NCBI RefSeq assembly: GCF_009914755.1
Contig: NC_060942.1
Strand: one strand, 5' to 3'
Source: the human T2T-CHM13v2.0 reference genome, Homo sapiens
Length of the DNA: 64,000 nt
The notes below the pieces were generated by a model that made no database searches, was not told the DNA's origin, and saw only the letters and a list, made by a program, of their open reading frames with translations. The translations under genes and the position numbers were made by a program. This document shows, in pieces, positions 24,634-43,963 of this stretch (the first letter of the stretch is position 1; each line of letters opens with the position of its first letter).

Positions 24634-26454
24634 TGTGTCCGGAATTGGTGGGTTCTTGGTCTCACTGACTTCAAGAATGAAGCCGCGGACCCTGGCGGTG
24701 AGCGTTACAGCTCTTAAGGTGGCGCGTCTGGAATCTGTCCCTTCTGATGTTCAGATGTTTTCGGAGTTTCTTCCTTCTGGTGGGTTCGTGATCTCGCTGG
24801 CTCAGGAGTGAAGCTGCAGACCTTCGCGGTGAGTGTTACAGCTCTTAAGGCAGCGCGTCTGGAGTTGTTCGTTCCTCCCAGTGGGCTCGTGGTCTCGCTG
24901 GGCTCAGGAGTGAAGCTGCAGATCTTCGCGGTGAGTGTTACAGCTCATAAAAGCAGTGTGGACCCAAAGAGTGAGCAGTAGCAAGATTTATTGCAAAGAG
25001 CGAAAGAACAACGCTTCCACAGCATGGAAGAGGACCCGGGCGGGTTGCTAATGCTGGCTTGGGCAGCCTGCTTTTATTCTTTTATCTGGCCCCACCCACA
25101 TCCTGCTGATTGGTAGAGCCGAGTGGCCTGTTTTGTCAGGGTGCTGATTGGTGCGTTTATAATCCCTGAGCTAGATACAAAGGTTCTCCACGTCCCCATC
25201 AGATTAGTTAGATACAGAGTTTCCACACACAGGTTCTCCAAGGCCCCACCAGAGCAGCTAGATACAGAGTGTCGATTGGTGCACTCACAAACCTTGAGCT
25301 AAACACAGGGTGCTGATTGGTGTGTTTACAAACCTTGAGCTAGATACAGAGTGCCGATTGGTGTATTTACAATCCTTGAGCTAGACATAAAGGTTCTCCA
25401 CGTCCTCACCAGAGCAGCTAGAGTGTCGATTGGTGCACTCACAAACCTTGAGCTAAACACAGGGTGCTGATTGGTGTGTTTACAAACCTTGAGCTAGACA
25501 TAAAGGTTCTCCACGTCCTCACCAGAGCAGCTAGATACAGAGTGTCGATTGGAGCACTCACAAACCTTGAGCTAAACACAGGGTGCTGATTGGTGTGTTT
25601 ACAAACCTTGAGCTAGATAGACTGCCGATTGGTGTATTTACAATCCTTGAGCTAGACATAAAGGTTCTCCACGTCCTCACCAGAGCAGCTAGATACAGAG
25701 TGTTGATTGGTGCACTCACAAACCTTGAGCTAAACACAGGGTGCTGATTGGTGTATTTACAATCCCTGAGCTAGATATAAAGACTCTCCACGTCCCCACC
25801 AGACTCAGAAGCCCAGCTGGCTTCACCTAGTGGATCCCGCACCGGGGCTGCAGGTGGAGCTGCCTGCCAGTCCTGCGCCGTGCGCCTGCATTCCTCAGCC
25901 CTTGGGTGGTCGATGGGACTGGGCGCCGTGGAGCAGGGGGTGGCGCTCGTCGGGGAGGCTCAGGCTGCACAGGAGGCCACGGAGGGGGTGGGAGGCTCTG
26001 GCATGGCGGGCTGCAGGTCCCGAGCCCTGCCCCGTGGGAAGGCAGCCAAGGCCCAGCGAGAAATCGAGCGCAGCGCCGGTGGGCCGGCACTGCTGGGGGG
26101 ACCCAGTACACCCTCTGCAGCCACTGGCCCGGGTGCTAAGTCCCCCATTGCCCGGGGCCAGCAGGGCTGGCTGGCTGCTCCGAGTGTGGGGCCCACCAAG
26201 CCCACGCCCACCCGGAACTCCAGCTGGCCCGCAAGTGCCGCACACAGCCCCGGTTCCTGCTCGTGTCTCTCCCTCCACACCTCCCTGCAAGCTGAGGGAG
26301 TGGGCTCCGGCCTTGGCCAGCCCAGAAAGGGGCTCCCACAGTGCAGTGGGGGACTGAAGGGCTCCTCAAATGCCACCAAAGTGGGAGCCCAGGCAGGGGA
26401 GGTGCCGAGAGCAAGCAAGGGCTCTGAGGACTGCCAGCACGCTGTCACCTCTCA
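24634..26454 (-). mobile_element. Solo LTR12C (ERV9/HERV9 LTR) in NPC1 intron 1, sense to NPC1, inserted into a MIR
   Basis: Minus strand starts TGAGAGGTGACAGCGTGCTGGCAG and ends CCAATTCCGGACACA; 4-bp flanks acat/atat; ~40-bp tandem enhancer units with CCAAT and GATA; CpG-rich U3. Confidence 0.93.
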
Positions 26455-27867
26455 ATATGTTAACCCAATTAATCCTACAACAGTTTGATGAGGGAGGCGT
26501 TATTATACCCCTTTTACAGATGCAGAAACGAAGGCACTGAGGCTAAACAACTTGTCCAAGGTCACAGTGGCAAAGCCAGGATTCAAAACAGAGCAGGTGA
26601 CTCCAGAAACAGACTCTCAATAAAAGAGAATCAGCTGCATCATGAAAGTCCTCCCTGTAGCATCACACCCTCCCCAAACCCCACCGTGTGCAAGAGCACG
26701 AGCACCTGTGCACTCAACAGCTGCACAATGGGAGCTGCTCAGCCTTCACTCCCTTCTCACCAACAGCTGAAAGTGGAGAGCCAGCCTCCTGGCCCCCAGG
26801 CCTGCCTCTGCAGCTGCTCCACCTCAGGGGCCTCCACACCTCCATCTCTTTCTCTTCTGTGTTTTTAACCTCATCTCTCTCTCAGTCCCTTCACCTGCAC
26901 CTCCCTAGAAACACTGCTCTAATTATATCCACAAACCCCTCTCTCAGCTTCAGTGATCTCCAGCTTCTCTCCAGCAGCACTTTCCACTAGCTGCCCAACA
27001 GCCTCAGTGCTTAAGACGAAACCAATCTTTCCTCTATTTGTATTTCCTCCTCTATTGCCAATTCCTCTTCAACAGAGTTTCAAATGAAAATCTCAGGCAC
27101 CTTTCAAACCCACCTCCCATAGCGAACCTATCGCTCACTCCCAGGGAGGCTCCCTCGTGCAGCCTCCTGCCCTCACTCGGACCCGGCAGTGTCTCTGGTG
27201 CAGATGCCTGCCGCTTGCCTCTTCCGGAACAATGCTCAAAGTTTTCTGGTGCTCAGAAACCTCCAACCCACCCTTCCCACTGCCTGTGCGACAAGCTTCA
27301 GACACCTCACTCTGGCTCTGCCCACTCTCCTTTCTACAGTATTCCAAACCTATCACTCTAACTGCCTACCCTTCCTTCCTTCTCTCCCACATGAAGTAGG
27401 ACCTGCCTGCCTCTGCCTTGGTCATGCCCTAGGATCAAGCAAAATTTATGAGAATTGCAAAGTTGTGATGTTGGGAGAAGTTGCCAGAGTATTTTCTCAC
27501 TTTTGTCTCAACTCCCTTGTAAGACGGTAAAATCCTAGAGGGCAGAGCCTAGGTGTGTAATCCTTCCTTTGAAATTCCCTATTGTATTACATCTGGTGTT
27601 CATGGATGCAGAACTTGTCAAAACTCACAATGAGCTGAGGGAGTACAACTGGATTATCTAAGTTCAGAAATGAGAAGTGCTGATTGTTTTGGCTTCTACC
27701 CAGAATTTAGTAGTTACACAGCTAAAGAGTTTCTATTTTTAAAGGTTAGATCATATGGATATTTCACAACATGCTCTAGAGTTTAATTACTAAGAAAATG
27801 ACTGGATAGGGAAGCTTCTTTCAACGATAGGAACAGTTCAGGAAAGGTTAAAAAAAAGCCCCTTCTA

Positions 27868-28175
<308 letters not shown>

Positions 28176-30279
28176 TCAGCAACTATAGCAACTGCTAAAT
28201 TGGACCCCATTCAGGAGCTCCATAAGCACACATTATTATCAGAAAAGCTCTGAACTCAGTGAGAATTCTATTCCACTGCCTTTAGGAAATCCTAAAGCAT
28301 TAACTAACATATTCAAATACTTACTGAACATCTATTGTTCTCGAGGCATGGCAGTAAAATAAATAAATGAAACAAAAATACCAAACATCGACTGCATGCC
28401 TCATTTTCTCAGATACTCTATGCAGTAGCACAGCAGAATTTTACAGGTAAGTGAACTCAGGCTCAAAGATACTCTGAGGTCACATGGCTCATAAATAACA
28501 TGATTTTGAACACCAAGTTAAGCATTCTCCACCCATCCCCCTTGTCCTCCTGCCTCCCCTACCCCCAGCTTCTGTACCATTTAAACTCTAGTCCAGTTTG
28601 TGCAGTGATGTATCCTCAGAATTGGAGAATGCACTGGAGATGAACTGTCCCATCCATGATGATCCTATACAAGTGTTCCTTCAATATAAACTTGTTCACT
28701 TGTAGAAATAATGCCTCCCATTCCTATCTTTTAAAGTATCTCTCTAGGCAGTTGTCAAGCAATGACTCCCTTACTCAGTATCACTGACAGTCCTCAACCC
28801 CAGGGTAGGACTTGGCCATCCACCAGAGCTGGGAGTGCAGGGCTTGGCACCAACACTTGTGCCCCTGTCCTGGATGGGTAAAGCTAATGGCAAAACATGG
28901 AGAGATACCCAGCTCAAGCTCCAGTGAGGCGATGGAGGAGAGGGGCTTGCTGGTTAACTTCCCTACCTCATTGCTTCTCCAGAGAGCAGAGGCTGGCCTG
29001 GCCAGTCAGGACAACACAGGCTGGAGTGGAGGGAGTGGCATGAAGAATCCTGTCCAGAGATTAAGCTGCCTGCTGCTTCTTTGGAGTCAGGGAGGCAGAC
29101 CAAACAAATATGGCAGGGCATTTAGGGTGGAGGCTGCCGGGCTGGTCTGACTTCTATTGACGGAAATCTCTGGAAGTGTTTTATAGCCAACCTGGCATGA
29201 ACGTATCTACATAACAAAGGATAATTTGTGTGTGCACCAGGCCTGCCTGCATGTGGGTGTTTAAGTCATATATTTTGAGTGCTAGGTGTGCTCAGCTAGT
29301 CCAACTCTTCGTTTTACAGATAACCCCTTTAGCTTCTGGTTTTTTATGTGACTCACCCAAGGTCATATTACTAGTTAGTCTTAGACATTTAGGAGCCACA
29401 AAACTAAAACAAAACTATGAAAGTGGGTGCCAGTATACACTGTCTGCAGTTTTTTCCCTATGGAATGTTCACAGTGTGGTGACTGAATCAGGGGTCAGGC
29501 CAGCAGGCTAAACCCATTCCTGATCTATTACGGACTACTGGAAGAGCCACACTGGGGACGGAACCAGGCCTTGAATGAGACTGCTCTACTAACCAAGTGG
29601 AATATCTGCTGAACACCCATTCAATTAAGCTTGCTAAACACCAATAATCTAGCCTTGAATTTCAAAAAACTAGGGCACAGAAGTCAGAAGATGGCAGTTG
29701 AAGCACCCAATGTGCCATCTACTAGCTATGTGACCTTGGGACAAATTTGACCCTTGATGTCTGCATCTATAAAATAGGAAAAACAGCATTACACCTACCT
29801 TAAAGGGGCTCTGTGAGGATAAAACAAGATCGGATGTGATAGCAATGGAGTACTATGCAAAATTTGGGTAGCTTTTGTCTCTAGTCTTATGTAATCTAGT
29901 ATATAGCACCCTGCAAATTTTTTTAAGAGCTTTACTCATGTAATTTACATACCATAAAATTCACCCTTTTCAAGTGAACAGTTCAATAGTTTAGGGCAAC
30001 AATTAGGCAACTCTCCCGACTATTTTCTCTAGTTTTCCTCTTGTCCACCTGATACATTAATTCATCCTCCATAGCTCAGCTCAAAAATGGACTCTCCATA
30101 ACATTTTATCTTTATTCTTATCTGAGCACTTCTTACTGTATTACCATTTTTTTATGTATCCAGCCTTCCCCCCATCAACTATGAAGAAGACAGTGATAGT
30201 AATTATGAACATTTACACAGCACTTTACAGTGTATAGACGGACTTTTTTTCTTTTTTTTACTACTTACTTATTGTTTTG

Positions 30280-30381
30280 GACTAGTCAAGTGCAGTAGTG
30301 AGCAGGAGGAAAGAGTAGATCAAGGAGTTCGATCTGTAACTGACTTTGATCAATTGATAACACACTACCTTAGGACCAGCC
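30280..30381 (-). pseudogene. Retroposed Y1 RNA (RNY1-derived) pseudogene
   Basis: Reverse complement GGCTGGTCCTAAGGTAGTG...CAGTTACAGATCGAACTCCTTG...CACTACTGCACTTGACTAGTC matches hY1; degenerate A tail at 30244-30278; imperfect TSD tagacggactttt / tagactgatttt. Confidence 0.92.
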
Positions 30382-30779
30382 TAGACTGATTTTTTTAAAT
30401 GGGTTAATTCTTTTGATCTTATCCTTTGTTGTGTCTAGGGAAGCCAATTCATGTTTGTGAAATTATTTTGAGCTCCTCTTGTGACCTAAGCAAGGGACAG
30501 TAATAAGATAAAATTTTAAAGCTTCTCTCAAATCCTCCAACAGAACACCTGCACCAGAGAGAGTTGGTTTTTTAAAAGTTTTGTTGCCAAAGCAAATGTT
30601 CCAAAAATTTGAAAGTGAGAGGCACAGTCCAGATGAAGAAAAACCTGGCTGGCCGCAGCTGATCACTGCCATCACCTAGAAACCAACTGCAAATCCAATT
30701 TTGATTGCCACTAGTTTCTAAGTCTCTCCCCAAAATCCATTTCAAGGCCCAAATATCTTATGATCAAAGAATCCCAGTG

Positions 30780-33590
<2,811 letters not shown>

Positions 33591-34379
33591 GCCCTTCTCC
33601 TGGCTCTTAGTCCATTATTGGATCAACATCACCTATCCCCTTCTGAGAACTAAATAGAAGTCGAAGGAGAGTTTTTTCTAGTCCACGGAACCCCCTCTCC
33701 CCTGATTCACCACTTCCTATTGACGCCACACCTATGTGAGGGGCGTTAATGTGCACAAGGACACAATTCCCCGGAGGCACTCTCATCCTGATTTGGTTTA
33801 ACGAGTCACAGCGTGACACTGCCCCACTCCAGTTTTAAAAGAGGAAACTACAGACACACAAATACTGAGGTGCTCTTTCCCAAAGCTATTAAACCAAGCA
33901 AAAGCCCCCAGAAGGAGTCAGCAGGACACCGAGTTCCAGGCCCCATCCTGTCGCTGGCTAATAGTGACAAGGGGAAATTCAATACCGCCCTGTGAGTCTC
34001 AGTGTCCTGAGGTGTAAAAAGGAGTTGATGAAAAGTAACCTGCCCTCTTTAGAAGACCAAGCTGACTTATGTCAAGTACTCAAGGCAGTTTCACCGGGTG
34101 CTTGAGGAAGTTTGTGTCTCTTTACCTCTGCTTCCACCTCCATCCTCAGGTGATGAGAAGAGGAAATAAAGTGGTTAGAGCTCCTAAATTTTGGAGTTCG
34201 TGCGCATGTAGCAGAATTTTTTAAAAAGCAAGTAGTGTCCCTATCCCACTCTACCCACTTTCCTCCCTTCTTCTGGTGCCACATCCTACACAGAGAAATT
34301 AGGTGACCACAGATGGAACAAGCTCAGAACAGGTCACCCAAGCCCCCACTGCCACCCTCTTCCAGACCACAGGAAAGAG

Positions 34380-35420
34380 AGCGTGGCCGGAGACAGAAAC
34401 AGGACAAGTGAGGAACCTCCGAGCTCTCCATCGCCAGACCAACTTCCCCAGGACCCGGGCCTGAGCCGTCGCTGGGCCCGTCGCCTTCCCCGGCTCTCGG
34501 CCCCGCCACGTCCCCACAGGGCGTCCCGGTGGCCGGCGACCGCTCACCTGCGCTGGACACAGTAGCAGCAGGAGGAGGCCAAGGGCCAGGCCGCGAGCGG
34601 TCATGCTGTGGCCGCGCAAGGCTGCTGACGCCGGCGGCGTTCGGCTGGTTGGGCTCCCCGGAGGCGGCTCTACTTCCCCGGGCTGTTTCAGCACCCCGCG
34701 CAGGAGGAGCGGAGGAGCAGGAGCAGGCGCTGACCGCGGCAGCAGGCTGCGCGCGCCGGTCAGGAAGGAAGAAGGCGTCGTCGGCTCCGCCCTTTCTGGG
34801 AGGTGCCGCTGCCGGGACTCCCTGGCCCGGGCTGGGGCGCCCCCGCGACCCCGCTTCAAGGTCCCCGTGTTGCCCTTCTCCTCAGCCCCTGCAATCCCCG
34901 GGGGCCAGGCGCGGGACTTATGGAGTCTGGCTCGGCCCGGGAGAGTATCTGTGGAGTTGTGCCAACGGTTTCTGGCCGTGATGCTTTCCCTTTTCGTCTC
35001 TGGGTTGGAGGGGGCGGGCGAGGTTTCAGCGAAGGGTAGTGCTGTTCTGGGGGACTTCCGGGTAAGGTCCCGCCCGGCCGCGGAGTCTCTGTTTATTTCG
35101 GCTCCGACAATTACGCTGAGCGACTTCTCCTCCCAACCCAGTCACCTGAAAGGAATCTGGACCCCGGCACTTTCTAGCAGAGCCCGGGGCGGTGACGCGC
35201 GGTGGCCTGACCGTGTGACGATCCGCGAGTGCGGCGGGGCGGGGCGGGGCGGAGCGCGGGGTGGGCGGTGGCGGTGCGGCCAGGCCCGGGAAAAAAAGTG
35301 CGGGAGCCTCGCCACCTGCTGGCCCAGCTGCGCAGCGCAGCCCGTGGGCGCGAGGAAACCCCGAGGTGGGGACCAGGGTCTGTTTTAAGTTCTACGTGAA
35401 GGCAGATAAAGAAGACGCGT
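34380..35420. promoter_or_regulatory. NPC1: CpG-island promoter and 5' UTR of NPC1 (TATA-less, GC boxes)
   Basis: Very CpG/GC-rich; tandem GGGGCGGGGCGGGGCGG at 35236-35252; ETS-like ACTTCCGG at 35054-35061; CRE half-sites TGACG near 35193 and 35216. Confidence 0.88.
34548..34604 (-). CDS. NPC1: NPC1 coding exon 1 (start codon and signal peptide MTARGLALGLLLLLLCPAQ)
   Basis: ATG (CAT at 34602-34604); 57 nt to donor CAG|GTGAGC; hydrophobic signal peptide matching the NPC1 N-terminus; lies in a CpG island. Confidence 0.98.
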
Positions 35421-35920
35421 TGTCATTTTTGAGCCATGCGTTTGATATATGTATTTATCTTTAACTCTAGTTGTATGTGTTTCTGGTAACGTTTTCCCTC
35501 AAATTTCAAGTATTCAGACCACTCAAAAGCATCTGTCATTTCCATTTTGAAGTTAAGAAAATGGAGGTGAAGATCTCTTTCCCAACAGTGAAAGCAAATT
35601 TACGATGAAAAGACTAAACCTTCATCTGGAGCAATGACCGAACCCCTCCCCAAGGAGTCCCATGATGCAGATGACCTTCCCATCCCTATCCTATAAAGTG
35701 CTGTTTCACTTTCTGTCTTGCCTTCTCACCTCCTCAGCCCTGAGATGTCCACCTGGCTGGCCTGGCAGTGAAACTATGGGGATTTCTTCAGGACCTTCAG
35801 CCTAGGTCCTCCACGACGACCTCGTGGTCCTCAGTCAGCTCTGTGCTCTCGCTTCCCACTCCCCAGGCTCCAGCTCCTGGTGCCCCCACTGAGGATCAAG
35901 TCCTGTGTATGCCTTCATGC

Positions 35921-36470
35921 AGGGATCCTCAAACGGCCATCCCCAGACCAGCAGCAGGAGCATCTCCTTGGAACTTGTTAGAAATGTAAATTCTCAGCCA
36001 GGGCAATGTAGCAAGACTCCCTCTATACAAAAAAAAAATTTTTTTTAAGTTAGCTGGGCATAGTGGCACACACCTGTAGTCTCAGCTACTAAGGAGGCTG
36101 AGGCAGGAGGATTGCTTGAGCCCAGGAGGCTACAGTTGTCTATGATCATGCTGCTGCACTCCAGCCTGGGTGATAGAGCAAGACCCTGTCTCAAAGACAG
36201 AGAGAGGTAGAAGAAAATGTTACAGTAAGATTTCCAAGTTTATAAATTACTTTGAAGGTTCTAAGTTTCCATAACCCTCCTTGGGGAAGAAGAATTCTGG
36301 TTCCTGTGACTTACTTCAGGGGTGCAAGACCGCTGGAGACAGGAGGGCAGGAGAAAGTCATGGGTAGACTTTGTTTCTGAGGCTGCTACTGAGACCTAAT
36401 CTCCTTTAGTTCAAAGTACTTAGCATGCCAAAGCCTCCTACTTTGGGGTATCGTTTTCTGAGCTCCAGTA
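35921..36470. mobile_element. MER5A fragment (35921-35997), partial Alu (about 35997-36200) and ERV1 LTR fragment (MER31-like, about 36230-36470)
   Basis: accagcagc..agcatc..cctggaacttgttagaaatg..aattctcag is MER5A-like; the LTR subfamily is tentative. Confidence 0.55.
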
Positions 36471-36903
36471 GTTGAGATCCGGAGACTTTTTTGTTGAAAG
36501 AATATTCAATACCATCTTCATAAGGACTATTCAGTGTTGACCTCAGAGCAATAAGTAGAAAATGGGGGGAAATGAAATTATTAGATGTGCATCTTTATAA
36601 ATGTGCAGAAATACCTTCCAGAAAACTTCTATGTAGTGGAAAGCATACATATGTGAATATAATATACAAACGTTTTAAACAAGTGGGGATGTACAGTACA
36701 CAGTTCTCATCTGGCTTCTTTGCTTTTAGCAGTATGCTTTCCTACCTCACTCCTTTTAATAGCTGTAAAGGATTTTATTATGCGTATGTAACACTTCTGA
36801 AGCCATACTCAGAGCAGTGTCTAAATCAATGAAATATAAATCACCAGCCAACAAGTATTTCAAAATAACTCAATTCCTCTACTTGCATTCCTGGTACATA
36901 TGA

Positions 36904-39186
<2,283 letters not shown>

Positions 39187-39454
39187 AATAAAATTTTATT
39201 ACCAAAAAAACCTTTGATTTCTTCTAAAATTTTTTTAAAAAGCTTTTTAAAAAATTTTTTTCTGCTGCTGATCTGCAACCTTCAAAGTAGGTAGTCCTTC
39301 AAATAGGCAGAGAAAAAAAGAATGCCTACCTACCTAACAAATTGCAAGCTTGCCTAGTTCCTAACCTGAAGCCTAAAGTTCAATAACAGAAAATGAAGAT
39401 AGAACTAGGGTTTTGGGGTAATAGAATGTAATCAATGTCATTTAGTGACATCTG

Positions 39455-39830
39455 AGGCCATTGCACAAAATACCAAAGACTGGTGTGACTTAAACAATAG
39501 GAATTTATCTGTTACAGTTCTAGAGGTTAGAGAGTTCAAGATCAGCATGGGGAGCTTATTTGGTTCCTGGTGAGGGCTCTCTTCCTGGCTTGTAGACAGC
39601 ACCTTCTCCCTGTGTCCCCAGATGGTGTTTCCTTAAGTGTGTGCTTTCAGGGAGAAAGATTTCTCTCTCTCTTCCTCTTCTTCAACAATCCTATTGAATT
39701 AAGGCCCCTCCCTTATGACTTTATTTAACCTTAATTACCTCCTAAAAGCCTTATCTTCAAATACAGTCACCTTGGGGGGTTAGGGCTTCAACACAAGACA
39801 TTTGGGGGAGCACAATTCAGTCCCTAGCAC
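39455..39830. mobile_element. MLT1 (MaLR) solo LTR
   Basis: aaataccaaagactgg..gacttaaacaa..ggaatttat...cacaattcagtccctagca motifs. Confidence 0.75.
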
Positions 39831-40473
39831 CTTTCCTTTTACTCAGGGCTGCATTATGACTTGTGTGGGCCCCAGGCACCTTTGCCTTTAAGGACCCCTT
39901 TTTCCTTCAAAAAAAAAAATTTAAAATGAGAGTTTCCAATTGCATTATAAAGACACATATAACGCTGGCTGAATTCATTATTATATGCTCATTATTACAG
40001 TATTCTTATTTTTGTTCTGATTTCAAAAGAAATTAAAATTAAAACATTTTCATGGGACAGTAAAATTATCACTGTGTCTACTGTGCCTAATAAGTTGATC
40101 TGGTTTTCGCAGCCAGCATCGTAGAACTATTCCCTATAGTAGTCATGGACATTGTAAATTTTTTGATCGCCTTCCCCAAAAAACCTCCAGGACCAGCAGT
40201 GGAGCTGGCTCTAAAAGAAGCGCCTATAGAGAGTGGGAGGCTGTCCAGCTGAACACAGGGAACAGCTCACACCTCCCTTCCTCCAGCAGGCTACGAATTG
40301 CCAACACATTTTGGTGAAATATAGGAGAGCTTTAGTTAATGCTTCTGCCAACCCCCTAAGGAGGTTCAGGTTGAGCATTTTTGAGAACTCTTTTTGTTAA
40401 TAGACTTTTCCTTTTAATTAAGATATAATATTCATATATGAGGTATACAGAACTTAGCTGTACAGCTTGATGA

Positions 40474-41608
<1,135 letters not shown>

Positions 41609-43120
41609 CATGTAGCCAACACCCAGAGGAAGGATATGGAAACTTTAGCACTTCAGAAGCCTCCTTTATGCCCCTTTCCCAGTCGATATCATCACCCCTC
41701 CTTTAACCGGGAGGCAACCACTCTTCTGATTTCTCTCACTGTAAGTTGGTTTTGCCTGTCCTTGAACTTCATGTAAAGGGAATCATACTCCTCTGCGTCT
41801 GGTTTCTTTCACTGAACATTATGTGTGTGGCTCATCCACATTACTTGTGGTGGTAGCATCTTTTAAAAGAATTGCTGTGTAGTATTCCATGGCTCAAACA
41901 TATCATGGCAGACATCTGGGTTGTTTCTTCTTCCAGTTTGGGCTGTTACAAATAAAGGTGCTGTGAGCACTGTTGTACAGGTCATGTGTTCAGTATACAC
42001 ACTCAATTACTTTGGGTTCTGTGATAGACTTTTTAAACTCTTTACTTACGCAAGCCAAATTTTATAGACATCTTCATTTAAAATAGCTTACAGCTACAAC
42101 TCATGACTTTAGTACCAATGGTTATGACCTACTCGGAAATGGGCATTGTTGCTCAGAATTCTGGTAAAATGTTACTCATCCTAGTAAGGAAGGATGTTTG
42201 AGTTGGTGATTAATCCAGTCATGGGTTGTGGTGTAACTTCCACTCAGTTAGGATGCTACCAGAGTTGGAATGACTTGTGGTTTAGCAGTCAGGGTTTCAA
42301 ACTGGCATTGCCTTCCCTGCAGGATTTGCTCACAGGACATAGTTTCCTTTGCCAGGGGTGGTTTTTGATCAAATGTTTCCTAAAATGGAGAGTCCAACTC
42401 CTGTAAACTGAAGACTTTCTAAGACTATTCTTAAAACTTGAAATGTAGGAATAACAACAGCATTTCACTCATTAAAGCTCGGAGGATTCAATCCTAGTGA
42501 GGGAGGGAAGAAGAACCAAAGATAGCGGAAGGAATTTTTTCTGTTGACAGAGATAAGGCTGACATGTCACCTAAGAACTGAAGATCTTTAATTAACTTCC
42601 TTTATGTTATTTTTATTTTACTTTATTTTATTTTTACTTTTTGAGATGGAGTCACACTCTGTCGCCCAGGCTGGAGTTCAGTGGTGCGATCTTGGCTCAC
42701 TGCAACCTCCGCCTCCTGGGTTCAAGTGATTTTCCTGCCTCAGCCTCCTGAGTAGCTGGGATTATGGGCGCCCACCACCACACCTGGCTAATTTATTAAG
42801 TTTTAGTAGGGACAGGGTTTCGGCATGTTGGCCAGGCTGGTCTCGACCTCCTGGCCTCAAGTGATCTGCCCGCCTTGGCCTCCCAAAGTGCTGGGATTAT
42901 AGATGTGAGCCACTGTGCCTAGCTGAATTCCTTTGTTGAAACATAACCTCATTCATATTAATAAATTAATTTTTTTTTTGAGAGAGAGGGAATTGCTCTA
43001 TTACCCAGGCTGGAGTGCAGTAGTGAGATCACAGCTCGACCTCCCAAGGCTCAAGTGATCCTCCTACCTTAGCCTCCTGAGTAGCTGGGACTTCTGGCAC
43101 ACACCACCATGCCAGGCTAA

Positions 43121-43249
<129 letters not shown>

Positions 43250-43786
43250 TAGCCTCACTCATATTTTAAAATTACCTGAAAGTATTGCTAAAAATAAGGA
43301 TTAGGTCACCAGGAAAAGAATCGAAGACTTTCCAGACCCAGTGATACATAGGTTATTTAACTGAGGGCTAAGTATAGTCAGAGGGCCCAGAGAAAACACC
43401 TCTGTGTGACTAGTTTACCCTCCATGTGTTCATTACATTAAGCAGAAGAATAATTATTTTCACATTTCTCGACTAGAATGTCTAATGCTAGTTTTGCCTG
43501 TCATTTTTTGTTTTTGTTTTTCTCCATGCTTTGAAGTACAAATACTAGGGTCTGAGCTGCTATGGCTCAATGGCATGAAATATCATAACATGGTGTGGCT
43601 TTGTTCACAGCCAGGCATGTTCTAAGCACTTTAGCATCTTTTCACAGTGAGATGAAGTTCACCAATTTGGCTGGGCAAGGTGGCTCATGCCTGTAATCCT
43701 AGCACTTTGAGAGGCCAAGGCAGGCAGATCGCTTGAGTCCAAGATTTGGAGGCCAGCCTGGGCAACATGGCGAAACTCCAGCTTTA

Positions 43787-43963
<177 letters not shown>

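Noticed and set aside
25100-25800. Regular ~40-bp repeats superficially like a CRISPR array
   Set aside because: No unique spacers; this is the standard ERV9 LTR enhancer array in a eukaryotic genome
25827-26488. Cluster of 77-202-aa ORFs on both strands
   Set aside because: All lie in the GC-rich U3 of LTR12C; not retroviral gag, pol or env
34603-35388. 261-aa plus-strand ORF and overlapping 150-186-aa ORFs at the promoter
   Set aside because: Stop-poor CpG-island sequence with low-complexity Gly/Ala/Arg/Pro translation and no recognisable domain; only the 19-codon NPC1 exon 1 is supported
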